32,000 bases of DNA from Pyrobaculum calidifontis JCM 11548 (GTDB taxonomy: Archaea > Thermoproteota > Thermoprotei > Thermoproteales > Thermoproteaceae), in assembly GCF_000015805.1 (NCBI RefSeq), contig NC_009073.1, positions 390,001 to 422,000 of the forward strand, read 5' to 3'. The number at the start of each line of letters is the position of its first letter. The first letter of the stretch is position 1. Positions 23,988 through 31,736 of this stretch are shown piece by piece. Below the pieces are notes generated by a model that saw only the letters and a program-made list of their open reading frames with translations, was not told the origin of the DNA and made no database searches. The translations under genes were made by a program, and so were the position numbers.

Positions 23988-26753
23988 ATGAGTTTTGTTG
24001 CTTTTAGTAAGGGGGTTGTCTTTGTGCTAATTGTCGTAGTTCTTGCACAATACGCGCTAGCCTTAGATGCCCAGCGGCAGATTTTACCGCCTATGGCGGA
24101 TGTGGAATACGTCCTCCACGTAAACCCTGGCAAAGGCGGGTGGGTTGTTGTAAAATTTTGGACTTATGGTAGAGGAGAGGTCTCGTTTGGCATAGGCCAG
24201 TTTATGAGGGGCGTGGTGAATATAACGGGCGCGAGTGTGTCTTATACCTACGACCGCGCGCGAGGCGTCATTACCCTTGTCGTCGGGGGTAGGGCATGGG
24301 CGTGGTTCAACTACACATTTCCAAGACTTGTGTGGTACTACCAGCCGTCCTATGGCGGCTATTTGCCTAAGAGAGTGCTAATAGTCGACGTTGGGGCAGA
24401 CTATGTACAAATGTGGCCTAAAGAGGCGTTTTTCCAGCCTTACACTCTGACGCCTAAGACTGTCGCCATAAGACTCGACGGAGTGTTAAAGGAGTGGTAT
24501 GTCGTAGCCGCATACAGCCAGAGGACTGAAGACTTGTTGTACTTCGAGTACAATATGTTCCTACAGTCGCCCTTCCTAGCGGGCAAGTTGTACAAGCTGG
24601 CGGAGGCAAAGGCAGAGGGAGTCACTGTGTACTTCCCCATATTTGAGTCAAAGCTCTTGTTAAACGACTACCTCAACACAATGGGATACGACGGGACCTA
24701 TGACCCACTCCTAGGCGCCCAGTACAAGGCCAACGTCATCGCACGCGGAATTGATATTATGATGAAGCTCCTAGGCCTCCCTCCCCCAGTCGACCGGGCG
24801 TATATGCACCCGCTTAGGAAGACTTTGCCAGAGGGGGCAAGGCCGGAGTCGGAGTACATTACCGACATGGGGCTGTACGGAGGCGTGTGGGTTTTTCACA
24901 ACGACATGATATGGCGCATTGGCCACATACTACATCACTACGTCACTCCGTGGCTTACATACGTCTACGCCCTAGACTTTAGAGACACTCCCGAGCCCAT
25001 ATGGTATAAAGGCATGCAAGACTACGTGGGCTACGTCGCCGCCTCTATGGCTACTAACAGCTCTATCTACAACGGCTCTCTAATAGTGCCTAGGTACATA
25101 CTGTACCTCCGCGCCTTTGAGGAGAGGAAGTACAGCCCTGGCACTATGTTGGGTGGCCCAAGCTGGATTAAGTACGTCTACGCCCCCTTGGCCATGTTCT
25201 ACTTAGACAACATACTGAGAGAGAAGAGCGGCGGCGCCTTAGACATCTACAAGCTACACGGCCTCGCCGTGGCTAATAAGAAGTGGCAATTTGTAGAAGT
25301 CTCAGAGGTAGCCTCTATGTTGAAAAGAGAGTTTAAAATTGACATGTATAAATACTTTGACGAAGTTAGAGACCTCAATCTTAATAAGACTCTTTTAAAG
25401 AGATTTGTAGAAGAGGGCAAGTGGTACAGCTACTTTTACACATTTCTAGACTTTATACGGGAGAATTTTACACTGGCCCCCGACACACTATACGCCGTGT
25501 ATCTAGAGTACGTGGCTTGGAAAGGCGACCCAGAGGAGACTCTATACCCCTTCAACCTCTGGCGTTTTGAGGAAATTTTAGGCGACTTAGTTAAGGCCCT
25601 CAATGGCACTAAGCCTCTCACAAAGGAGGCCTTTATCGCCGCTCTTAACAAGATCACAGGCGGAAAGTCAAGCGACTTCTTCGACTTTTACACAAAGACA
25701 CGTTTAAACGTGTCTGCGTCAGATGTGGAGGCCTTCCTAAACGGCACTTACCCGAGGGTCTTGGGCAAGATAATTTCAGCCAAGAAGGTTATAAAAGCAC
25801 TGCCTGTAGACGCTACAGAGTTTAAGAGAGAACTAGATGAGGCGTATGCACAGTTGAAGAGGGGCGACTACAGCGGCGCCGAGCTCCTAGTCGATAGGCT
25901 ACTGGAGAAGCTGTATGAGACAAAGAGACAGCTGTACGAGGCTAAGAGGTTGCAGGGCGGCTATAAGGTGGGCAAGATAGAGATCGATGGAGATATTGGA
26001 GACTGGGTGGCAAACTCGGAGTATGTGCTAAATGTGACGAAGAGTAGGGCTGAGGATAGTTGTCCCACAATCCCCGGCAACGCCATTAAGAGCGTCTATG
26101 TGGCACATGACGACAACTACCTCTACGTGGCTATACAGTTCTTCGACAAGCCCTATTCGCCGCAGAATAGGATTCAGCTGGTTTTTGACAGAGATTTAGA
26201 CCTCCGCACCGACAACGATAGAGTAGGGCTAGAGTTCGCTATTCCCAACTTGATTGGAGTAGAGACACTGGGCTTGGGCTATTTTGGAGACTTTGTAGAA
26301 GTGAAAATACCCCTAGAAACACTACGACTGATGGGGGTAGGCAGAAAGTTCTTGCTTAGGGTGTGGGTTGACACGTGGGGTATGGGTCTCCCGTACGATG
26401 TCCCCGGCTTAGAGAGGAGGTGTATGAATTCTCTAGATGTCGTCGTTGATTTGGACTCTTTGCCAAATCTTTCGCACGTCAAAGCTGTGGGTGCGACTAA
26501 GACTGTGACAACGACTGTCGTCCAGGTGGTTACGACTAGTGTTACAACTACTGCGACTAGGACAGTGACGGAGACCTCTGAGAGATTTACCACTATTACG
26601 CAGACTGTGGAAAAGACGGCCACAGTGGAGAAGACAAGTACTACGACTGTCGTGGTTGAGAAGTTTGACCTCTTGGGCTTGATCGCCCTCGCTGTAATGG
26701 CCATCGCCCTAATAGCGCTCGCCCTAGCCCTCGCCCGCCGCTCCCACAAATAG
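23988..26753 (+). CDS. Large secreted surface protein with a Thr-rich stalk and C-terminal TM anchor
   Basis: Start trimmed to MSFVAFSKGVVFVLIVVVLAQYALA (TATA aattttaatatac at 23958-23970, 24 nt upstream). A carbohydrate-binding-module-like segment (IEIDGDIGDWVAN...VYVAHDDNYLYVAIQF). Stalk TKTVTTTVVQVVTTSVTTTATRTVTET, then the TM helix LIALAVMAIALIALALALA and RRSHK. Many N-x-S/T sequons. Confidence 0.8.
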   Translation: MSFVAFSKGVVFVLIVVVLAQYALALDAQRQILPPMADVEYVLHVNPGKGGWVVVKFWTYGRGEVSFGIGQFMRGVVNITGASVSYTYDRARGVITLVVGGRAWAWFNYTFPRLVWYYQPSYGGYLPKRVLIVDVGADYVQMWPKEAFFQPYTLTPKTVAIRLDGVLKEWYVVAAYSQRTEDLLYFEYNMFLQSPFLAGKLYKLAEAKAEGVTVYFPIFESKLLLNDYLNTMGYDGTYDPLLGAQYKANVIARGIDIMMKLLGLPPPVDRAYMHPLRKTLPEGARPESEYITDMGLYGGVWVFHNDMIWRIGHILHHYVTPWLTYVYALDFRDTPEPIWYKGMQDYVGYVAASMATNSSIYNGSLIVPRYILYLRAFEERKYSPGTMLGGPSWIKYVYAPLAMFYLDNILREKSGGALDIYKLHGLAVANKKWQFVEVSEVASMLKREFKIDMYKYFDEVRDLNLNKTLLKRFVEEGKWYSYFYTFLDFIRENFTLAPDTLYAVYLEYVAWKGDPEETLYPFNLWRFEEILGDLVKALNGTKPLTKEAFIAALNKITGGKSSDFFDFYTKTRLNVSASDVEAFLNGTYPRVLGKIISAKKVIKALPVDATEFKRELDEAYAQLKRGDYSGAELLVDRLLEKLYETKRQLYEAKRLQGGYKVGKIEIDGDIGDWVANSEYVLNVTKSRAEDSCPTIPGNAIKSVYVAHDDNYLYVAIQFFDKPYSPQNRIQLVFDRDLDLRTDNDRVGLEFAIPNLIGVETLGLGYFGDFVEVKIPLETLRLMGVGRKFLLRVWVDTWGMGLPYDVPGLERRCMNSLDVVVDLDSLPNLSHVKAVGATKTVTTTVVQVVTTSVTTTATRTVTETSERFTTITQTVEKTATVEKTSTTTVVVEKFDLLGLIALAVMAIALIALALALARRSHK

Positions 26754-26806
26754 GCCCCACTTTTTCTCCCTCTCCTGTTCAATGTACTCCTCGCCCACTC
26801 TATGGC

Positions 26807-27361
26807 ATGGCTTGCCCAGTGTGCGGCGGCAGAGCGGTGGTGGTTAGCCCAGACGGCGAGTATGTCTGCGTCCAGTGTGGCACAGTGATTGGGCCGGTGT
26901 ATATGTGGCCAATCCGCCGCGTTGACGAGAGGCTGGCTGAGAAGGCGGCTGAGCTGTCGAAGGGGCTGAGGTTGGCGCTGGTGAAGAGGGGTGTCCCGCT
27001 GAGGGAGTGGCTTGAGCTAGAGGGAGCAAGGGCATGGCTAGAACAGAAGCGAAGACTCACCGCGTGGATTCCGCCTTCGAAGAGGGTGGAGTACTACATC
27101 GAAGCCGCTGCGGCGAAGCTTGGGCTTGGGAGGGCGGCGTTGGAGGAGGCTTTGGCGCTCTATAGGCGTCTGGATAGGAGGGCGCTTGTGGGAAAGTCGC
27201 CGAGGGTTGTGGCCGCCGTCATATACACCGCCACGTGCACCCCAGCCCGCGCCGCGGCTGAGGCGCTGGGAGTAAGCCCAATATCGGTCAAGGCTACTGT
27301 GCGTAAGCTGAAGCTGGCGGTAAAGATATGCGTCAGGAGGGGCGTCCCGAGAGGGGCGTAA
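26807..27361 (+). CDS. Truncated TFIIB/TFB-like protein (Zn ribbon plus a single cyclin-like repeat)
   Basis: MACPVCGGRAVVVSPDGEYVCVQCGTVIG is a TFB-type Zn ribbon. The C-terminal AAAKLGLGRAALEEALALYRRL...GKSPRVVAAVIYTATCTPARAAAEALGVSPISVKATVRKL is a cyclin-fold/HTH pattern. 184 aa, versus ~300+ aa for canonical TFB. Confidence 0.75.
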   Translation: MACPVCGGRAVVVSPDGEYVCVQCGTVIGPVYMWPIRRVDERLAEKAAELSKGLRLALVKRGVPLREWLELEGARAWLEQKRRLTAWIPPSKRVEYYIEAAAAKLGLGRAALEEALALYRRLDRRALVGKSPRVVAAVIYTATCTPARAAAEALGVSPISVKATVRKLKLAVKICVRRGVPRGA

Positions 27362-27408
27362 ACTACGCCTAGCCGCAGACAGAGAGCGGAGTGGCTGGGC
27401 AAATCCCC

Positions 27409-27415
27409 TTTTTTT
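27409..27415 (+). terminator. T7 run downstream of the TFB-like gene
   Basis: cccc ttttttt gcccc, 48 nt after the stop. Confidence 0.35.
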
Positions 27416-27440
27416 GCCCCTATGATGTATACGCAACTCA

Positions 27441-27768
27441 GTGGTGTCCTTCCGCGTAAAGGGGGGCCGTGTTGAAGTTCTTCAAGTCGCTCAGGCTTAT
27501 AACTCCAGGCCCCAGCCTGGGGGGCGTGGAGAGCATAGCAACATACCCAATCGCGAGCGCCGCCTCGCCGATACCTGACGAAGACAAGAGAAAGTTGGGC
27601 ATCAAAGGCCTCATCATAGAAGGTGGATACGCCCTTACGCCGAAGGGCGAGGCTGTGGCCTTGGAGGTAGCGACGTGGAGTACGGGCTACGCCGGGTACA
27701 TGCGCCAACTCGTGGAGCGGTGCGTCAAATTGTATCTCGCGTTAGGGCTACTCGCCTGGGCTAGGTAG
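27441..27768 (+). pseudogene. C-terminal fragment of a PLP-dependent Cys/Met-metabolism enzyme (cystathionine gamma-synthase/lyase family), frameshifted
   Basis: The track ORF starts LKFFKSLRLITPGPSLGGVESIATYPIASAASPIPDEDKRKLGIKGLI, which fits the family C-terminus (SLGGVESL...P..MTH...P.E.R...GI...LIR). The preceding family motif VVSFRVKGG is encoded just upstream (27441-27467) in another frame, across a G6 run. The N-terminal ~300 aa are absent. Confidence 0.55.
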
Positions 27769-28473
27769 TGCTTTTTCCCGCCCCCGGGTGCGGGCTACAT
27801 TTTTACGTGCACGCCGCAGTGCGGCGCGCCGTTAAAGAGCCGCCCGTGCGCTGACGGTTAGAGAGCTGTGTGTTCTGCTCAACGGCGCCTCTTGGGGCTA
27901 CTGCCAGAACGTGGATGGGAGGAGCGGGCGCAACAGGTGGACATATCGCGGGTGCGACGGCTCCGGCGGCGGCCACCGCCTAGTGGTGCCGCGGTGAGAA
28001 TCAGGTACACAGACGTGGCCGTGGCTTTAAAGGCTTTGGCAGAGGGGGGCGACATAAAGAGGGTAGAGGCCGTGCTAAGAGGCTGTAAAAGCAAGTGGGG
28101 ACCGCTTCATCCTCACGTAAGAGGCGAACAGCTTACGCCAGGCGGCGCCCCCTTATATGGCGTGGCGATGTGGCCGCGCCTCTTTCCGCCCCATTCGGGC
28201 TTGACGTTTGGCAACGCGCGTACAACAGCCCCTCCCCTTTACATTTCTTTCGTCAAAGCGGCGCCGACGCCGTTTTAAGCGTAAAACCTATTGTCCTTTA
28301 CGGCGGCTACCCAGTGCTTTACTAAGTTGAGCCAGCCGTCAAGACCAATTAGGACCTCGAACGTCGCACTTTACACAGTTTTCAGAATTTCGATTTTGTC
28401 TAGAACAGTTTTGTCAAAATGGATATATAGAAATATATAGACGTATTACTTCGTCGAAACCGCAAGACGTGTG

Positions 28474-28550
28474 GCCGTGCCGCCTCTTCCACAGTGACTA
28501 ATCCCCCAGAGCTGGCCATTACGTACATTCTCCCGCCTCTGGAGCGGACG
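28474..28550. repeat. 77-bp near-identical copy of an internal segment of hyuA (19840-19916)
   Basis: gccgtgccgcctcttccacAgtgactaaTcccccagagctggccattacgtacattctcccgcctctggagcggacg is identical to 19840-19916 at 75/77 positions. Same orientation on the + strand, so it is antisense to the hyuA coding strand. Confidence 0.9.
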
Positions 28551-28583
28551 CTAAAAGTTATAAAGCTGATATAACGACCTACT
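28551..28583 (+). promoter_or_regulatory. rpoF promoter (BRE/TATA aaaagttataaag) and initiation region; duplicated at 21889-21921
   Basis: TATA ttataaa (28558-28564) is centred 24 nt before the GTG at 28585. The first 18 nt are identical, and 28/33 nt match overall, to 21889-21921. Confidence 0.6.
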
Positions 28584-28584
28584 A

Positions 28585-28920
28585 GTGAGTGTTAGGAGGA
28601 TTATAAGGTCGGAGGAGGTGACTAACGCGAAGGCGCTGGAGATCTTGAGGGAGTTGGCCTCTAGGTCTCAGCTCAGTGAAGAGCAGAGGAAGACTCTCGA
28701 CTACCTTGAGAAAGTCGTTAAGAGGAGGGGGGACGAGGCCGAGGCCTTGGTGAAACAGCTCATGGAGCGCTTCGGCTTTACTAGAGTCACAGCTGCTCAA
28801 CTGGTGAACTTGTCCATAGATTCGTTAGAGGAGCTGAGGGTCGTGCTCTCCTACCTGGAGAAGAGGGAGTACTCAGACTCGGAGCTGAAGGAGATTTTGA
28901 AGCTGTTGACTGGGCAATGA
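28585..28920 (+). CDS. rpoF: DNA-directed RNA polymerase subunit Rpo4 (F)
   Basis: 111 aa. The N-terminal ...TNAKALEILRELA... and the helical HRDC-like C-terminus (...RVTAAQLVNLSIDSLEELRVVL...) fit archaeal subunit F. Followed by DUF655, as in many archaea. Confidence 0.75.
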   Translation: MSVRRIIRSEEVTNAKALEILRELASRSQLSEEQRKTLDYLEKVVKRRGDEAEALVKQLMERFGFTRVTAAQLVNLSIDSLEELRVVLSYLEKREYSDSELKEILKLLTGQ

Positions 28921-29501
28921 AAAAGAGGGAGGAATACGGCTACGTAATTGACATACTGCCGCCTGAAGTCGCAGTATACAAACTCCCCCCTAAGATTAGG
29001 CGAGACTTCCCCCACGACGCCACCTACGCCCACTTAGTGGGAGAGGAGCACTTCACTCTCCTGGAGGTCACCCTGAAGAGAGGCGTCTCTGTGGAGATAG
29101 GGGAGAGACTGTACGTGGGCCCCGGGGCCAGAGATAAGGTGGACAAAATCGTGAGGAGGATTAAATACGATGACCTTCAGCCCCAGGGCCGGGAGAACCT
29201 CGTCGCCATTGTTAAAAAGCTTGTAGAACAACAGGAGAGCCGCTTCGTGAAATGGCTAAACGAGGCAGGGCCCCTCACTCTTAAAATGCACAGCCTAGAG
29301 CTACTAAGGGGGGTGGGTAAGAAGAAAGTTCAGGAGATCCTCGAGGAGAGGAAGAAGAAGCCCTTTACCTCCTACGAAGATGTCAAACAAAGAGTCGGAA
29401 TAGACCTGGTAGAATTAATCACGGACAGAATTCTCAGGGAAATCGCGGGGGAAGACCCCTACTACCTATTCACCACTCCGCCTCCCGCTACTTCACTCTG
29501 A
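28917..29501 (+). CDS. DUF655-family protein (OB-fold plus helix-hairpin-helix, predicted nucleic-acid binding)
   Basis: ATGA overlap with rpoF. N-terminus [14 protein letters not shown]..., and the C-terminal [19 protein letters not shown] is HhH-like. Confidence 0.75.
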
Positions 29502-29886
29502 CTATTTTGAAGCGGTCTAAAATCTGCCACACCTCCACCTCTGCCCCCGGAGCCAGTCTCCCCTTGGCCTCCTCTTCCACGTACTTCATAGGCACCTCAA
29601 TGGTCTTGTAGTCCCGCATGTCCATGAGCTGAATCACGTCGCCCGATATTGAGAGAACCTGCGCCGTGAATTTCTCAATTATTGGAACCTCGATCTGCGC
29701 ATCCACTGGCAAACTGAGCGTCCTCTTCGCCCCATCAAAGACGCCCACGGCCACAACCCTGGCCTTGGCAGAGCCGTGTTTACCCGTCTTCGACTTCTCA
29801 ATTTCAACAACACGGCAAGGCTCCCCGTCTATGACCACGTAGGACCCCTCCTTGAGCTCTCCCACTTCCACATACTTCGTCGACAT
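29488..29886 (-). CDS. eif5a: Translation initiation factor 5A (aIF5A)
   Basis: [39 protein letters not shown] contains the hypusine-loop KTGKHGSAK. 132 aa. TATA cttaaatag is upstream. Confidence 0.95.
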
Positions 29887-29940
29887 GGCACCACAATCGG
29901 CACCTCTATTTAAGTATTACGCGAGGCTAGACGCGGGCCA

Positions 29941-30060
29941 ACCTCCTTCGCCGCCCTAGACTACCCCATAGGCGGGCCACCGGCCCTTAGGCCCGGGGGC
30001 GTTCCCCCAGGCAATAACCCATGTAAAAGTGGGCGAGGAGGGTGGGTCGTGGATTATTCG
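29941..30060. other. Orphan GC-rich structured element paralogous to the tnpB tail (21928-22097)
   Basis: 29991-30031 matches 22043-22083 at 32/41 positions, including the hairpin gcccggggg-cgtt-ccccc. 29942-29952 (cctccttcgcc) matches 21929-21939 (cctcctccgcc). cctccttcgcc can also pair with ggcgaggagg (30032-30041). No ORF. Confidence 0.35.
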
Positions 30061-30073
30061 CTACTAGTGCGCA

Positions 30074-30916
30074 CTAGACGCAGGAGTAGTTGAGAATCTC
30101 TGCGCATTTTGGAATCTCCTCAGGAATCTTGGGAATCGCCTCGACGATTACTTTGCGGATTAGCGCCATTTTTTCCGTCATCATTTTCTCCACGGCCTCG
30201 GCTGTGACCGGCTGGTGGGGGACCCATATGTCGTAGTCTGTGACGAGGGCTATTAGGCCGTAGCACATCCCCAACTCTCTCGCTAGGTTTATCTCGGGGA
30301 CAAGCGTCATGCCTATGATGTCGCAGCCAAACACCTCTCTCCAGATGCGGGACTCGGCCTTTGTGCTGAAGCGTGGCCCCTCGATACATATGTAGCACCC
30401 GCCGTCGTGAGTCTTGTTGTACTTCGACGCAGTCTCCACTAACACCTTCCGAATCTCCTGTGTAAAGGGCTCGAGGCCTATTTGCACGTGGCACGTCCGC
30501 GGCCCGTCGTAGAAGGTGTACTCGCGCCCCTTGGTCATGTCCACGAACTGGTCTGGGACGACGAAGTCGCCGGGGGCGTAGTCGGGCCTCAGCGAGCCCA
30601 CCGCGCTGACCGCCACCACGGACTTGACGCCGAGGGCGTGGAGGGCGTATATGTTGGCCCTGTAGGGTATCTTGTGGGGCGGGTACTTGTGCCCCCTCCC
30701 GTGCCTAGGCAGAAAGGCCACTACCCGCCCGGCGACTCTGCCAACGATGACGTTGTCTGAGGGGAGCCCGTAGGGGGTGTGCATCTGTACCTCCACGGCG
30801 TTTTCAAAAATCCCAGGGTCGTACAGCCCAGAGCCCCCAATGATGCCCAGAGTGGGGAAGCTGTCAAACCCTATCTCCTGAGGCCTCCTAGGCGGTTGAG
30901 TCAGTTTCACAACCAT
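30074..30916 (-). CDS. mtnP: S-methyl-5'-thioadenosine phosphorylase (MTAP)
   Basis: [51 protein letters not shown] and VTDYDIW are MTAP/PNP-family signatures. The N-terminal ~20 aa are an extension, so the true start may be internal. Confidence 0.9.
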   Translation of the reverse strand: MVVKLTQPPRRPQEIGFDSFPTLGIIGGSGLYDPGIFENAVEVQMHTPYGLPSDNVIVGRVAGRVVAFLPRHGRGHKYPPHKIPYRANIYALHALGVKSVVAVSAVGSLRPDYAPGDFVVPDQFVDMTKGREYTFYDGPRTCHVQIGLEPFTQEIRKVLVETASKYNKTHDGGCYICIEGPRFSTKAESRIWREVFGCDIIGMTLVPEINLARELGMCYGLIALVTDYDIWVPHQPVTAEAVEKMMTEKMALIRKVIVEAIPKIPEEIPKCAEILNYSCV

Positions 30917-30935
30917 GTCGCCTAAATTACCTACT

Positions 30936-31133
30936 TTATTTAACTATTATGACGCCAAAAACGCCTAGGGCGCCATTCGACGGAGGTGGGCTCGGGTTGT
31001 TAAACCCGTGTTTTCCGTAGAAGGGCCAGCCGGTGCCGCTCTCGCCGTATTTCATGACAAGAGACCACTCGTGCTTGTGAAAGCCAACCATGCCCTTGCC
31101 GCCAGAGCCGCCGCTCTTCCTATGCTGGCCCAA
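30936..31133 (-). pseudogene. Fragment of ribosomal protein uL15 (L15P), truncated at both ends
   Basis: [46 protein letters not shown] matches the conserved N-terminal third of uL15. An in-frame stop sits 2 codons upstream of the TTG start. The ORF ends (..GVIIVK*) inside the MTAP promoter. About 65 of the expected ~145-155 aa are present. Confidence 0.5.
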
Positions 31134-31219
31134 GTGCTACTTTGGAGTATTTGACGGCTGGCTAGCGCTTAGGCGAGGGCGTGTGGGCGAGGCTTTTATA
31201 GTTGGCTGTTCTAGCTGAC

Positions 31220-31714
31220 ATGTCTGAGGTATTTGCGCCGACGCCTACGGAGTTATTGAGGAAGTACGGGGCGAAGAGGCTGGGCGAGCGTTATGAGGTC
31301 TCTGCGTTAAATTTGCCCTGGGTTTTTAAACGCGAGGTAGAGGTCGAGATTTCGCCTGGTAAGCAGTACCGCATCTCCGGCGTAGAGGTGGTCGGCGTGT
31401 CTCCGCCGTGGGAGACATACGTGGCCCTTGTGGACAAGGGCGGGGAGTTTGGGGTGGGGTATGTGGCGACTCCCAGGAAGAGGATGTTTCAATGTATCCG
31501 CAAGCCCTACGCCTACCCCCTCGGCGTTAAAACGCCGCAGCATATAGTGGTTAAGCCAGTGGAGCTCCTCCTCACCGACGCCCCGGGCGTTGTGGAGTGC
31601 GTAGACAGAGCCTTCACCGCTGGCTACCTCGCCGTTTTTATAAATGCGCCTGTTTCAGTTGTTCAAAAGGCACAGGTCCGGATAGAGCCAGTCATCGAGG
31701 AAATGTTTAAATAG
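31220..31714 (+). CDS. Hypothetical protein
   Basis: Start trimmed to ATG 31220 ([13 protein letters not shown]...), ~22 nt after TATA cttttata (31193-31200). 164 aa with ordinary globular composition. No family recognised. Confidence 0.6.
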   Translation: MSEVFAPTPTELLRKYGAKRLGERYEVSALNLPWVFKREVEVEISPGKQYRISGVEVVGVSPPWETYVALVDKGGEFGVGYVATPRKRMFQCIRKPYAYPLGVKTPQHIVVKPVELLLTDAPGVVECVDRAFTAGYLAVFINAPVSVVQKAQVRIEPVIEEMFK

Positions 31715-31736
31715 TGAGGAAAGTGTAGAGTTTGGA

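Noticed and set aside
24769-24775. C/D-box sRNA search. ATGATGA-type C boxes occur here, at 17549-17555 (-), 10425-10431 (-) and 27611-27617 (-).
   Set aside because: All hits lie inside coding or fragment sequence and lack a correctly spaced CUGA D box or a C'/D' pair.
27868-28278. 136-aa ORF in the fragment zone.
   Set aside because: Arg/Pro/Gly-rich, with no promoter box at the right distance and no recognisable motif. It is overlapped by equally long ORFs in other frames.
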